A stretch of DNA of 64,000 nucleotides, taken from an uncultured Rikenellaceae bacterium. GTDB taxonomy: Bacteria; Bacteroidota; Bacteroidia; Bacteroidales; VadinHA17. Position 1 is the first letter of the stretch, and every line of letters begins with the position of its first letter. Shown one piece after another: positions 47,035 through 56,268 of the stretch. Made by a program: the position numbers and the translations under genes. The notes under the pieces are model-generated. The model was not told the origin of the DNA and searched no databases. It saw only the letters and a list, made by a program, of their open reading frames with translations. Location: the NCBI GenBank assembly GCA_963696805.1, contig CAVOLF010000009.1, positions 68,127 to 132,126 on the forward strand, in the 5' to 3' direction.

Positions 47035-47532
47035 TCAGAGAGCTGCAAGAACACTGTCATAATCAGGTTCCTGTGCGATCTCGGGGACCAGCTGGGTATA
47101 TTTTACCACTCCCTGCTCGTCAATAATCACTATGCTCCGGGCATAGAGTCCGGCAAACCCGCCGTCAAGAATCCCAATCCCATAGTCCTTGCCAAATGCG
47201 CTGTCGCGGAAGCCTGAGAGTGTTGTTACATTTGTTATACCTTCAGTTGTGCAGAAGCGGCCATGAGCAAAAGGGAGATCCTTTGTAATGGCGAGGACAA
47301 CGGTATTGTTCATTCCTGCTGCAACCTGGTTGAATTTCCGCATTGCGGTGGCACATATTCCGGTGTCGAGGCTGGGTGAAATGTTAAGTAATACTTTTTT
47401 GCCCTTCAGCTCTTCGAGAGTGAGTTCTCCAAGATCTGATTTTACAAGTTTGAAACCAGGAGCCTTGCTGCCTTTTGCAGGCAGTTCGCCGTATGTATTG
47501 ACGGGGTTGCCTTTTAATGTGATTTTTGCCAT
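47035..47532 (-). CDS. tpx: thiol peroxidase (atypical 2-Cys peroxiredoxin)
   Basis: 165 aa. PSLDTGICATAMRKFN contains the peroxidatic Cys, and FCTTEG contains the resolving Cys. Confidence 0.9.
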   Translation of the reverse strand: MAKITLKGNPVNTYGELPAKGSKAPGFKLVKSDLGELTLEELKGKKVLLNISPSLDTGICATAMRKFNQVAAGMNNTVVLAITKDLPFAHGRFCTTEGITNVTTLSGFRDSAFGKDYGIGILDGGFAGLYARSIVIIDEQGVVKYTQLVPEIAQEPDYDSVLAAL

Positions 47533-47752
47533 ATTGAATGAATTTTAGATTATTTCTTTGTATGATTGAATCTATTTCGCTACTGATTAACGCGGATCAC
47601 CATGATTCCAATTATACGGGTGTCGTTGTAAAATCAGTGAAGCTCATTTTTTTGTTAACTGTAAATTTAACAAATCCGGACAGCATTTGTTTACCGGTTG
47701 AAATAAACCCTCATTATTGCCCCATACCCTCACAAGATAGCTTATAACTTAT

Positions 47753-47760
47753 TATTTTTG
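47753..47760 (+). promoter_or_regulatory. candidate -7 promoter box TATTTTTG for pgk
   Basis: Matches TAnnTTTG, 31 nt upstream of the ATG at 47791. Confidence 0.35.
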
Positions 47761-47790
47761 CATGATAGAAAAGAATTGTAATCAATTAAT

Positions 47791-49062
47791 ATGAATTTTA
47801 TGAAACTCATTGATGATTTTAATTTTAAGGGCCATAAAGCCATTGTCAGGGTCGATTTCAACGTTCCGCTCGACAAGCAGACGCGCGAGGTCACCGATGA
47901 CAATCGCATACGCGGTGCACTCAGGACCATCAGGAAGATTACCAGCGACGGCGGCTCAGCTATTCTAATGTCACATCTCGGCCGCCCCGAGGGTGTTATG
48001 GAAAAATATTCCCTCAGGCCTGTGCTTCCGGTACTTGAGAAGCTCCTTGGGATGAAGGTCGCATTTGCACCGGACGCGCTTGGTGACGAGGCAGTTGCCA
48101 TGGCTGCAGCCCTGCAGCCCGGAGAGGTTATGATGCTTGAGAACGTGAGGTTCTATCCCGAGGAGGAGGGCAAGCCGGTACTGCCTGAGACAGCCACCGA
48201 TGAGGAGAAGAAAGCCGCCAAGGCGGCGCTGAAGGTGAAGCAGAAGGAGATGGCGAAGAAACTGTCAACATATGCTGACATATATGTCAATGATGCCTTC
48301 GGCACGGCTCACAGGGCTCACGCCACAACGGCTGTAATAGCTGACTTCTTTCCTGAGGACAAGAGGATGTTCGGGTTCCTTATCAACAGTGAACTGGCTG
48401 CAATGGATAAGGTGCTCAGGAGCTCCCGGAAGCCCTTTACGGCTGTCATGGGCGGTGCAAAGGTGTCGGATAAGATACTCATCATCGATAACCTTCTCGA
48501 CAGGGTTGACAACCTGATCATAGGAGGAGGCATGACCTACACTTTCATCAAGGCTAATGGAGGTAAAATAGGAAATTCGCTCTGCGAGGAAGATAAGCTG
48601 GACATTGCAAAGGCGGTGATGGAAAAGGCAAAGGCGAAGGGAGTGAACCTGCTGTTCCCCGTTGACGGCATCAACGCAGATAAGTTTGATAACAGTGCAA
48701 ATACTTATTTATCAGCTATTGATGATGTGAAGGATGGCTGGATGGGACTTGACATCGGTCCGGAGAGCATAGCCCTGTTTGAGAAGGTCATAATGGAATC
48801 GGAGACCATTCTCTGGAACGGCCCAATGGGTGTCTTTGAGATGGAAAAGTTCGCAGCAGGGACTACTGCAATAGCAAAAGCAGTGGCAAAAGCGACGGAG
48901 AAGGGTGCTTTCTCCCTGATCGGGGGAGGGGATTCCGTTGCAGCCATAAACAAGAACGGCCTGGCAGACAAGGTCAGTTACGTATCGACCGGAGGCGGCG
49001 CAATGCTTGAATACATGGAAGGCAAGAAGCTGCCCGGCATCACGGCCATAAGGGGAGAATAA
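47791..49062 (+). CDS. pgk: phosphoglycerate kinase
   Basis: Contains [24 protein letters not shown] and STGGGA. Confidence 0.95.
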   Translation: MNFMKLIDDFNFKGHKAIVRVDFNVPLDKQTREVTDDNRIRGALRTIRKITSDGGSAILMSHLGRPEGVMEKYSLRPVLPVLEKLLGMKVAFAPDALGDEAVAMAAALQPGEVMMLENVRFYPEEEGKPVLPETATDEEKKAAKAALKVKQKEMAKKLSTYADIYVNDAFGTAHRAHATTAVIADFFPEDKRMFGFLINSELAAMDKVLRSSRKPFTAVMGGAKVSDKILIIDNLLDRVDNLIIGGGMTYTFIKANGGKIGNSLCEEDKLDIAKAVMEKAKAKGVNLLFPVDGINADKFDNSANTYLSAIDDVKDGWMGLDIGPESIALFEKVIMESETILWNGPMGVFEMEKFAAGTTAIAKAVAKATEKGAFSLIGGGDSVAAINKNGLADKVSYVSTGGGAMLEYMEGKKLPGITAIRGE

Positions 49063-49601
49063 TGAAACGGCGGTTCATACCGGTGCTGGCTGTCATGCTC
49101 CTTCTTATTGGGTGTGGCAGGGATGACCAGAAGACTTCGGGTACAATCACCCTGACGAATGAGTTGTTCGGTACAACAGTATATTACTCTATGGGATTGT
49201 CATTCAAACAAGCAGGGGCAATCTCTTCGCTGACCGTGCCGGGGCCTGATGTCTTTCTAGAGGCCGGCTCGCTTGCTGAAGGCAGCCCGGTTGAACCGTT
49301 TCTTTCTGCCAATACACTGGAACCCTCATATGCCTTCATGGGTGAATATATGACCGAAAGCGAGGCCGTGGATGCGTTCGTGGCACTCACCGATGCCAGT
49401 TCACTTTCATCGGTATTTTCATTTATTGACCTTGCCACGCCGCTGAGGAAAAATCAGGTATGGGTTGTGAGAACACGCGATAATAATTTTGCCAAGATAA
49501 GGATCATTGAGGTTGTCCTGAACACCGCCGCCAACCCGGATTTTGCCTCCTGCAGGCTTGAATGGGTCTGGCAGCCGGACGGAACGGCGACATTCCCGTA
49601 G
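49062..49601 (+). CDS. small lipoprotein of unknown function
   Basis: Signal peptide plus lipobox [19 protein letters not shown]. The start overlaps the pgk stop (TAATG). I recognise no family. Confidence 0.5.
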   Translation: MKRRFIPVLAVMLLLIGCGRDDQKTSGTITLTNELFGTTVYYSMGLSFKQAGAISSLTVPGPDVFLEAGSLAEGSPVEPFLSANTLEPSYAFMGEYMTESEAVDAFVALTDASSLSSVFSFIDLATPLRKNQVWVVRTRDNNFAKIRIIEVVLNTAANPDFASCRLEWVWQPDGTATFP

Positions 49602-49606
49602 CAACT

Positions 49607-50596
49607 ATGAACTCACACTTGACTGAAGAGATCTTCAAAGTCACCGACGCTCAATCATTTGAGAAGACGGCTCTGGAGATCTTCCGTTTTCAGGCTGCTC
49701 TATGCCCTGTCTACAGGGAGTATATAAACCTTCTGGGAATTGACATTGAAGGTGTTGGCGATATTTTTTCCATACCCTTCATGCCTGTTTCCTTCTTCAG
49801 GGATCATGCCGTAATGACAGGAGGGGGAGAGCCTGAAACGATATTCCTCAGCAGCGGCACGGCTGCGATGAGGCAGAGCAGACATATGGTCAAAGACCTG
49901 TCATTGTATGACGTGAGTCTTGAGAAGGCCTTCAGGATCTACTACGGCGATCCGTCGGGCTATGCCATAATGGGACTGCTGCCTTCCTACCTTGAGAGGG
50001 AGGGATCATCACTCATCTATATGGTGAAGAGGCTGATGACACTCTCGGGTAACAGCTCCGGGGGCTTCTTTCTCGATGACAGCGATGCGCTGATCAGGGC
50101 CATTGACCGTGCGCGGATGTCAGGATTGAAGGTGCTGCTCCTCGGTGTCACCTTCGCGCTGCTTGACATGGCAGAAGGCTATCGCGCGGATCTCTCAGAC
50201 ACTATCATCATGGAGACGGGCGGCATGAAGGGAAGGAGGAGGGAGATGATAAGGGAGGAGGTGCACGAGATAATCAGGGAGGCCTTTGGAGTGACATCGG
50301 TGCACTCGGAATACGGCATGACGGAGTTGCTCAGCCAGGCTTACTCGCGCGGCGGAGGTCTCTTCAGGTCCCCTCCCTGGATGCAGGTGCTGATACGCGA
50401 CAGTCACGACCCCGGGTCACACAGCAGGGCGGCAGGAGCGGTGGGAGGGATCAGCGTCATTGACCTGGCCAACATCTGGTCATGCTCATTCATTGCAACA
50501 GAGGATCTTGGCCGTATGCATGAGGAGGGACTCTTCGAGGTACAGGGACGTTTTGACGAGGCCGATCTGCGGGGGTGCAACCTGCTGGTATCGTAG
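49607..50596 (+). CDS. LuxE/PaaK-like acyl-adenylate-forming enzyme (acyl-protein synthetase family)
   Basis: Contains FRFQAALCPVYREY, SSGT..M.QSRH, ETGGMKG and EYGMTEL, as in LuxE-like proteins. The start is taken at MNSHLTEE. Confidence 0.5.
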   Translation: MNSHLTEEIFKVTDAQSFEKTALEIFRFQAALCPVYREYINLLGIDIEGVGDIFSIPFMPVSFFRDHAVMTGGGEPETIFLSSGTAAMRQSRHMVKDLSLYDVSLEKAFRIYYGDPSGYAIMGLLPSYLEREGSSLIYMVKRLMTLSGNSSGGFFLDDSDALIRAIDRARMSGLKVLLLGVTFALLDMAEGYRADLSDTIIMETGGMKGRRREMIREEVHEIIREAFGVTSVHSEYGMTELLSQAYSRGGGLFRSPPWMQVLIRDSHDPGSHSRAAGAVGGISVIDLANIWSCSFIATEDLGRMHEEGLFEVQGRFDEADLRGCNLLVS

Positions 50597-50650
50597 AGAT
50601 GAAGGCAGGCGTCAGAGTCCGGGAAAAGACAAGATGTCAGAGCTTGAGCA

Positions 50651-50710
50651 GGGATAGGGGCAGGGGTCAGAGCCATAGCAGGGATATCGGCGGGTATCAG
50701 ATCCCGAGTA
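50651..50710. repeat. diverged 30-bp tandem duplication overlapping the stop codon of the first Stealth gene
   Basis: 50651-50680 and 50681-50710 share 22/30 positions, including an identical first 10 nt (agcagggata) and tcaga. gtcagag words also occur at 50611, 50636 and 50666. Confidence 0.45.
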
Positions 50711-51737
50711 TACGATCTAGCCAGCTGAACAACTTCTTCCGCTCCTCTTCTTCGCACATGTCGAGGCTCTGGGCACACATGTAGATGATGCGGGGATCCT
50801 GTTCACAGAGGGCGATCTTGCTCTCAATGTATCCGGGCCCCCGTTTTTCCGGCTTGAGATAGGCCACGGCAGGCGGGGCAATGTTCCTGGTGCCGCTGAG
50901 CAGCTGCAGATGGTTCGCGAGTGAGATAAAGGTGAACTGCCGGTGGTCACGGAACCGGTATGTGATATTCTCCCTGAGCAGGGCATCGTTTTTCATGAAG
51001 AACTCCTCAACAGAGAGCCTGTTGACCGGATGCGGCGTATGGCTGTTGGTGAAATACCTGTATCTGAATCCGAGCAGTGCGGCGGAATTCCACTGGCCCA
51101 GGTGAAAGGAGGCCCTCGGCTCAAAATCGCGCCTGCCGGCAAGATGCCTGTTGAAAGCTGTTCTGATGCGGTTCCAGAGAACCCGCGGCCCGGGAGCCGG
51201 CACCCACCTGCCCCTCAGCACTGGCCGGCTGCCAGTGAACCACTCCCCCGGGGTGATGTTCCTCACCAGGAATGTGTCATCATTGAAATAGACAAAATTG
51301 TCGGAGAGACCCCTGATCCTCCAGATCATGTTCGCAATGGTGATGCTGTTGAAGGTGGGCAAAAACTCTTCATACCCCCTGAAGATCTCTTTGTGATCAA
51401 CTATCCTTACTGAAGCGGAACGACCGGGAAAATGGCTTTCAACATCTTCATGCAGGCCCGGATTCTGGGCGTCGGTGACAATGAATATGTTCCTCACGAA
51501 GGGGGCAAAGCGCAACACCGACAGCATGCAATACCTGATCTCGTTCGAGGAGGCGAAGCGTGTGAAGTGGGCCCCGGAAGAGACAGGCAGATCATTCCTT
51601 CCTATATATCTGTTGCGCTTCTCCGCCAGCTGCGGGTCACTCCCGTCAACCCATGCTATCACCACGTCAACAGGATCATCCGGTGACATTTTGTTGCTCT
51701 CTTTTGCCGGGAACACTTCACTTTTCATGCTGCACAT
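50697..51737 (-). CDS. Stealth-family (CR1-CR4) hexose-1-phosphoryl transferase-like protein, paralogue 1
   Basis: Contains VDVVIAWVDGSDP (CR1), FASSNEIRYCMLSV...RNIFIVTD (CR2) and YFNDDTF. The true start may be an internal Met. Confidence 0.7.
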   Translation of the reverse strand: MCSMKSEVFPAKESNKMSPDDPVDVVIAWVDGSDPQLAEKRNRYIGRNDLPVSSGAHFTRFASSNEIRYCMLSVLRFAPFVRNIFIVTDAQNPGLHEDVESHFPGRSASVRIVDHKEIFRGYEEFLPTFNSITIANMIWRIRGLSDNFVYFNDDTFLVRNITPGEWFTGSRPVLRGRWVPAPGPRVLWNRIRTAFNRHLAGRRDFEPRASFHLGQWNSAALLGFRYRYFTNSHTPHPVNRLSVEEFFMKNDALLRENITYRFRDHRQFTFISLANHLQLLSGTRNIAPPAVAYLKPEKRGPGYIESKIALCEQDPRIIYMCAQSLDMCEEEERKKLFSWLDRILGI

Positions 51738-51798
51738 TTATAACTGTGTTCTGCGGGACGAATATTTTCTCTCTCTGCCTCCAGCCATCTGTATTTTC

Positions 51799-52821
51799 TC
51801 AGTTTTCACGGGTCACACCTAATATCCCTTCGAGCCAGCTGAATATCCTCTTCTGCTGCCCGCTGCCGAGCATCTCCATGCTCTGGATACATACCGATTT
51901 TATACGCGGGTCTTTCATGCAACGACTGATCCGTCTGTTGAGACGTGCTTCGGAATACCACGGATGCAGGTACCCGAGGTTAAGCCTGGCGAAATTCCTG
52001 TTGCCGCCGAGTATCTCAAGGTGGTACGCCACGGAGGTGGCGAGCAGCTGACCGGCATCCCTGAAACGGTATGATATGGTCTTTTTCAGCAGCTCCACGT
52101 TGGCACTGAAGTACTCCTCAAGGGTTTTTACCCTCATGGGATGTGCCGTATGACAGTGGAAGAAATAGCGCCATCTCATGCCGACCAGGGTGGCACTCTT
52201 CCACTGGCGGATATAAAATGAGATCCTGGGCCGGTAATCCATGTTGCGGCGTATATGCCTGTTAAGAAGCATCTTCCATGCGTTACCGGCAATCTTCCTG
52301 AAAGGAGGAAGGAGCCATTTGCCCCTCAGGACAGGTCTGCCGCCGATGAACCACTCCTCTTCAATTGTCTCCCTTATCAGTATTGTATCATCATTGAAGT
52401 AGATGAAATTTTCCGACAGGCCTTTGATCCTCCATACCATTGCCAGGATGGAGGAGCTGTTGAAGGTGGGCAGGTACTCCTCGTAACCGCGGAATATCTC
52501 CGTGTGGTCAACAATTTTCAGGCAGCCTGCCTTTGCGGGAAATCTCTCTCTGACCTCTTCATCGAGGCCGGGGTCCTGCTCGTCGGTAACAATGAAGATG
52601 TTTCTTATAAAGGGTGCAAACGACAAAATTGAGAGGACACAGTATCTGATTTCGTTTGATGATGCGAAGCGTGTCGGGAGGGCTCCGGGGTGCGCAACGC
52701 TCTTTTTCTCCTGTGCCAGGTAACGCTCCCTCTTCTCCGTAAGCCTCCCGTCACTGCCGTCGACCCACAGTATCACCGCGTCAACAGGGCCTCTTCCGGC
52801 AGGATTTCTGTTATCTGACAT
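51799..52821 (-). CDS. Stealth-family hexose-1-phosphoryl transferase-like protein, paralogue 2
   Basis: Contains VDAVILWVDGSDG, FASSNEIRYCVLSI...RNIFIVTDEQ and YFNDDTI. It is collinear with paralogue 1 over the full length. Confidence 0.7.
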   Translation of the reverse strand: MSDNRNPAGRGPVDAVILWVDGSDGRLTEKRERYLAQEKKSVAHPGALPTRFASSNEIRYCVLSILSFAPFIRNIFIVTDEQDPGLDEEVRERFPAKAGCLKIVDHTEIFRGYEEYLPTFNSSSILAMVWRIKGLSENFIYFNDDTILIRETIEEEWFIGGRPVLRGKWLLPPFRKIAGNAWKMLLNRHIRRNMDYRPRISFYIRQWKSATLVGMRWRYFFHCHTAHPMRVKTLEEYFSANVELLKKTISYRFRDAGQLLATSVAYHLEILGGNRNFARLNLGYLHPWYSEARLNRRISRCMKDPRIKSVCIQSMEMLGSGQQKRIFSWLEGILGVTREN

Positions 52822-52886
52822 TGTTTTGTTGTAAATTTACGCCTTTATATATTTTTTTACAATTTTAGCCAGAAATTTACAGACGG

Positions 52887-53735
52887 ATGTCCGGAGGCAA
52901 TCGAAAAAATATCGGAGTAGTGTCTATGGTCAGGAATGACCAGTTCTTCATTCCCAAATGGATTGACTATTACGGGAGGGAGCTGGGACATGAAAATCTC
53001 TATCTTCTCCTTGACGGGCATGATCAGGCCCTTCCCGAAGGTCATGAAGCCATCAACGTGATAATGATACCCGGCCAGAGGCTGAGCAGGTCAAGGGGCG
53101 ACAGAAACCGCATTGACCTGATCTCCAACTTCTCGAAGGCTCTGTTCCTGAGATATGACCTGATCATTGCACATGACATCGATGAGGTCCTGGTTGTTGA
53201 TCCCGATCAGCAGCTTTCTCTGGCCGACTATCTGCAGCGGCCGGTGAGATACGCCTCCCTCTCTGCCCTCGGCCTTGATGTGGGGCAGAACCTCGATCTC
53301 GAAAAGCCTATCGATCCTTCCCGGCCGTTTCTCGAGCAGAGGAGCTTCGCCCACGTGTCGGCACGCTATACCAAGGCCGTGGTGGCCACCAGGCCGCTCA
53401 GATGGGGCTCAGGGTTTCACAGGGTGAGGCACAGGAATTTTCACATTGACCCCAATCTCTTCCTGTTTCATTTCGGGATGGTCGACTACGGGATTTCACA
53501 GAAGAAGATGGAGGATCAGTCGTTGCTCAACGCCGGCTGGCGCGGGCACCTGGACAGAAGGTATGAGCTGTTCGACCTGGTTACGAAAAAGACCCCTGTT
53601 GACGGCGACGCCTTCTTCAAGCAGGCAAGAAGGAGAGAGAGTCTCTTCCGCCCGCTCTTTGCACTCAATAAGCCGGGAATGCTTCCTGAAAAACCGGTGA
53701 TCAGGATTCCTGAGCGGTTCAGGAGCATAGTATAA
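52887..53735 (+). CDS. glycosyltransferase (GT2/GT92-like fold)
   Basis: The N-terminal IGVVSMVRNDQFFIPKWIDYYGRELGHENLYLLLDGHD and a DxD-like DIDEVLVVD fit this fold. Confidence 0.45.
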   Translation: MSGGNRKNIGVVSMVRNDQFFIPKWIDYYGRELGHENLYLLLDGHDQALPEGHEAINVIMIPGQRLSRSRGDRNRIDLISNFSKALFLRYDLIIAHDIDEVLVVDPDQQLSLADYLQRPVRYASLSALGLDVGQNLDLEKPIDPSRPFLEQRSFAHVSARYTKAVVATRPLRWGSGFHRVRHRNFHIDPNLFLFHFGMVDYGISQKKMEDQSLLNAGWRGHLDRRYELFDLVTKKTPVDGDAFFKQARRRESLFRPLFALNKPGMLPEKPVIRIPERFRSIV

Positions 53736-53776
53736 GACACCGCACACAATCAGATATATCTTAACCAGCAGGAAAC

Positions 53777-54595
53777 ATGAGGTTCAAATACAGACTCAGA
53801 AAAGCATACAGAAATTTTATTTTCAACCTAAGTGCTTCCGAGAATCCTCTCTGGCTGGCCTGGTGCAGGCATATTTACAAGCCCCGGCCCGGCACCATAG
53901 AGGTATTCCTTGACAAATATTCAAGGGAACACAAGCCTGTTACCTTCCTGCAGGTGGGGGCAAACGACGGTTTCATCAATGATCCGTTGCACATTTTCAT
54001 AAAGAGGGACAACTGGCGGGGAGTGCTCCTGGAGCCCCTGCCCGACGTTTTTGATGAATATCTTGCCAGGCTGCACAGGAAGAGACCGGAGATCACTGCC
54101 ATCAATGCCGCTCTTGACCGTAACGACGGAACGAGACCGTTCTACAAGCTCTCGGTAAGCAGGGAGCGGTGGGCTCACGGACTGTCAAGCTTCAACAGGG
54201 AGGTGCTGGTGAAAAAGCTCACAGACGGCAGCATGGAGAGAAATATGCGCCGGCAGGGAGTGACTCTCCCCGCCAGTGAAGATGAATGCATCACCAGTGA
54301 TGAGGTAGTCACTGTCAGCCCGGAGACGTTGCTGAAGAAATTTGACGGCCAGGAGCTGGATCTGCTTGTAATAGATACCGAGGGCTATGACTATGAGATA
54401 TTGAAAATGCTGGACCTCGACAGGATCTCTCCGGAGGTGATTATCTATGAGGAGATGCTCTTCGATGAAAAAACTGCCGGCGAGTGCCGTGAATACCTGA
54501 AAAATCATGGGTACTCATGCAGCTCGATCAAAAGAGACGTGCTGGCAGTGAAAGAGCCGCTGTCACCGAAGGGCGGCACAGGAGATGGATACTGA
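53777..54595 (+). CDS. FkbM-family SAM-dependent methyltransferase
   Basis: FLQVGANDGFINDP and LLVIDTEGYDYEILK match the two signature FkbM blocks. Confidence 0.7.
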   Translation: MRFKYRLRKAYRNFIFNLSASENPLWLAWCRHIYKPRPGTIEVFLDKYSREHKPVTFLQVGANDGFINDPLHIFIKRDNWRGVLLEPLPDVFDEYLARLHRKRPEITAINAALDRNDGTRPFYKLSVSRERWAHGLSSFNREVLVKKLTDGSMERNMRRQGVTLPASEDECITSDEVVTVSPETLLKKFDGQELDLLVIDTEGYDYEILKMLDLDRISPEVIIYEEMLFDEKTAGECREYLKNHGYSCSSIKRDVLAVKEPLSPKGGTGDGY

Positions 54596-56180
54596 CGCCG
54601 ACTTAACCCGGAGGAATATCCACCGTGGGATATATCTTGCCGCCTTATGCCTTATAGCGGTCTTCCTGCCGTCATCACGTTACATGCTGTCGGTCAGCGA
54701 GATCATCCTGGCTGTCAACTGGGTGGCAGAGGGCGGTTTCAGGACCAAATTCAGCAGGCTGCGTTCTGACAGGGGGGCCATAGCCTTTATACTGATCTAC
54801 GTTCTGAGTGTTATCGGAGTAATATGGTCCGAAGATCCGGGCTATGCATTAACGCATGACCTGCTCCACAAATTACCCACCCTGTTCATGCCTCTCATTG
54901 TGGCCACCAGCGCTCTCCCCGGCAGGAAGATGACCAGGGTGATCCTGCTGCTCTTCATCTCATCGGTAGTGGTGGTTTCATTCATAGGCTTCTTCAGCAG
55001 ACTGCTGCAGCCGGCACTCTCATTCCGTGAAGCCTCACCCTTTATTCCCGGCATCTATTTCGGACTGATGGTGATCATTGCAGCTTTTCAGCTGCCGCTG
55101 CTGGTGCGGGAGATTACCGGAAGCCGGCAATACTTCATTGCGGGCCTTGCCATCTCAGCGTGGCTTATCTTCTTCCTCTTCCACCTGCGGGCCCTGTCAG
55201 CTGTTGCCTCCTTTGCTGCTGCCCTGATATGCCTGACAGCAGTTCTTTCAGCCAGGTCAGACAAGGCCCTGGTTAAGATTTTGTTGCCGGCAATATTCCT
55301 TATCGCGACTGCACTTGTAATCAGGCCGATGGTCAAAATATACAGGCAGACACATGCAGAGCCGCATATCGACCTCGTCAGCCTCGACAGTTTTACAAGC
55401 CGGGGCAATCCATACCTGCATGATACCTTAAATATTATAAGGGAGAACGGCAACCCGGTTTACCTCTACATTGCCGACGAAGAGCTGAGAGAATCCTGGA
55501 ATGAGAAGAGCAGCCTTGACTATGACAGGGAAAACCTGGTGGGACAGGAGCTCAGGGCTACACTCTTCAGGTACATGTCATCACTCGGCTTCCGGAAAGA
55601 TTCAGAGGGCTTTATAAAGCTCACTGACAATGATATAGCCGCTGTAGAGAGAGGTGTCACAAACCATCTGAACGTTGACCGTCCCGGCTTTTATGTAAGA
55701 GCCTATGAGGAGTTGATGAGCCTCTATATCTATTATAAAAGCTCACGGCAGATGACGGAGTGGGGCTCCCTGACAAAAAGGATAGATCTCTGGAGGGCAT
55801 CATGGAAGGCATTCCGGGAGCGTCCTCTCCTGGGATGGGGTACCGGCAGCATCATGAAGGCGGTGGAACACGGACTTCAGAAGAACGGCTCCATGCTGTC
55901 AGGACTTAACATGAAACCGCACAACCAGTTTCTTTGCATTATGCTATCGCTGGGGGTGGCCGGTCTGATCATCACGGTGCTGCTCTATGCCTTCTTCGTC
56001 TTTGAGAGGAAAGCACACAGATCGCTGATGTTCATACTGTTCCTTGCCGTTTTCCTGGTCAATTTCCTTGGCAACAACTCCCTGGAGTCACAGCCGGGTC
56101 AGGATCTTTTCGTCTTCTTCTCCATGGTTTACGGATACTTTTATCCGACACTAAAAAAAGAACCAGGGTTTATTTACTGA
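54585..56180 (+). CDS. O-antigen ligase / polymerase-like (Wzy_C domain) polytopic membrane protein
   Basis: About 10-12 TM segments and a large periplasmic loop. WGTGS...KPHNQFLCIMLSLGVAGLI resembles the Wzy_C motif. Confidence 0.55.
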   Translation: MDTDADLTRRNIHRGIYLAALCLIAVFLPSSRYMLSVSEIILAVNWVAEGGFRTKFSRLRSDRGAIAFILIYVLSVIGVIWSEDPGYALTHDLLHKLPTLFMPLIVATSALPGRKMTRVILLLFISSVVVVSFIGFFSRLLQPALSFREASPFIPGIYFGLMVIIAAFQLPLLVREITGSRQYFIAGLAISAWLIFFLFHLRALSAVASFAAALICLTAVLSARSDKALVKILLPAIFLIATALVIRPMVKIYRQTHAEPHIDLVSLDSFTSRGNPYLHDTLNIIRENGNPVYLYIADEELRESWNEKSSLDYDRENLVGQELRATLFRYMSSLGFRKDSEGFIKLTDNDIAAVERGVTNHLNVDRPGFYVRAYEELMSLYIYYKSSRQMTEWGSLTKRIDLWRASWKAFRERPLLGWGTGSIMKAVEHGLQKNGSMLSGLNMKPHNQFLCIMLSLGVAGLIITVLLYAFFVFERKAHRSLMFILFLAVFLVNFLGNNSLESQPGQDLFVFFSMVYGYFYPTLKKEPGFIY

Positions 56181-56268
56181 CCCTGGTCTCTGTTACAATA
56201 AGTACAATCAGACGTGATGCCTCCTGAGCCTTCATCCGGGAACCCGGGAGGTGATAATGCGGGCCGGC

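Noticed and set aside
56162-56187. 8-bp hairpin (accagggt / accctggt) around the stop of the O-antigen-ligase-like gene
   Set aside because: The stem is short, the loop contains the stop codon and no T-tract follows. That is too weak to call a terminator.
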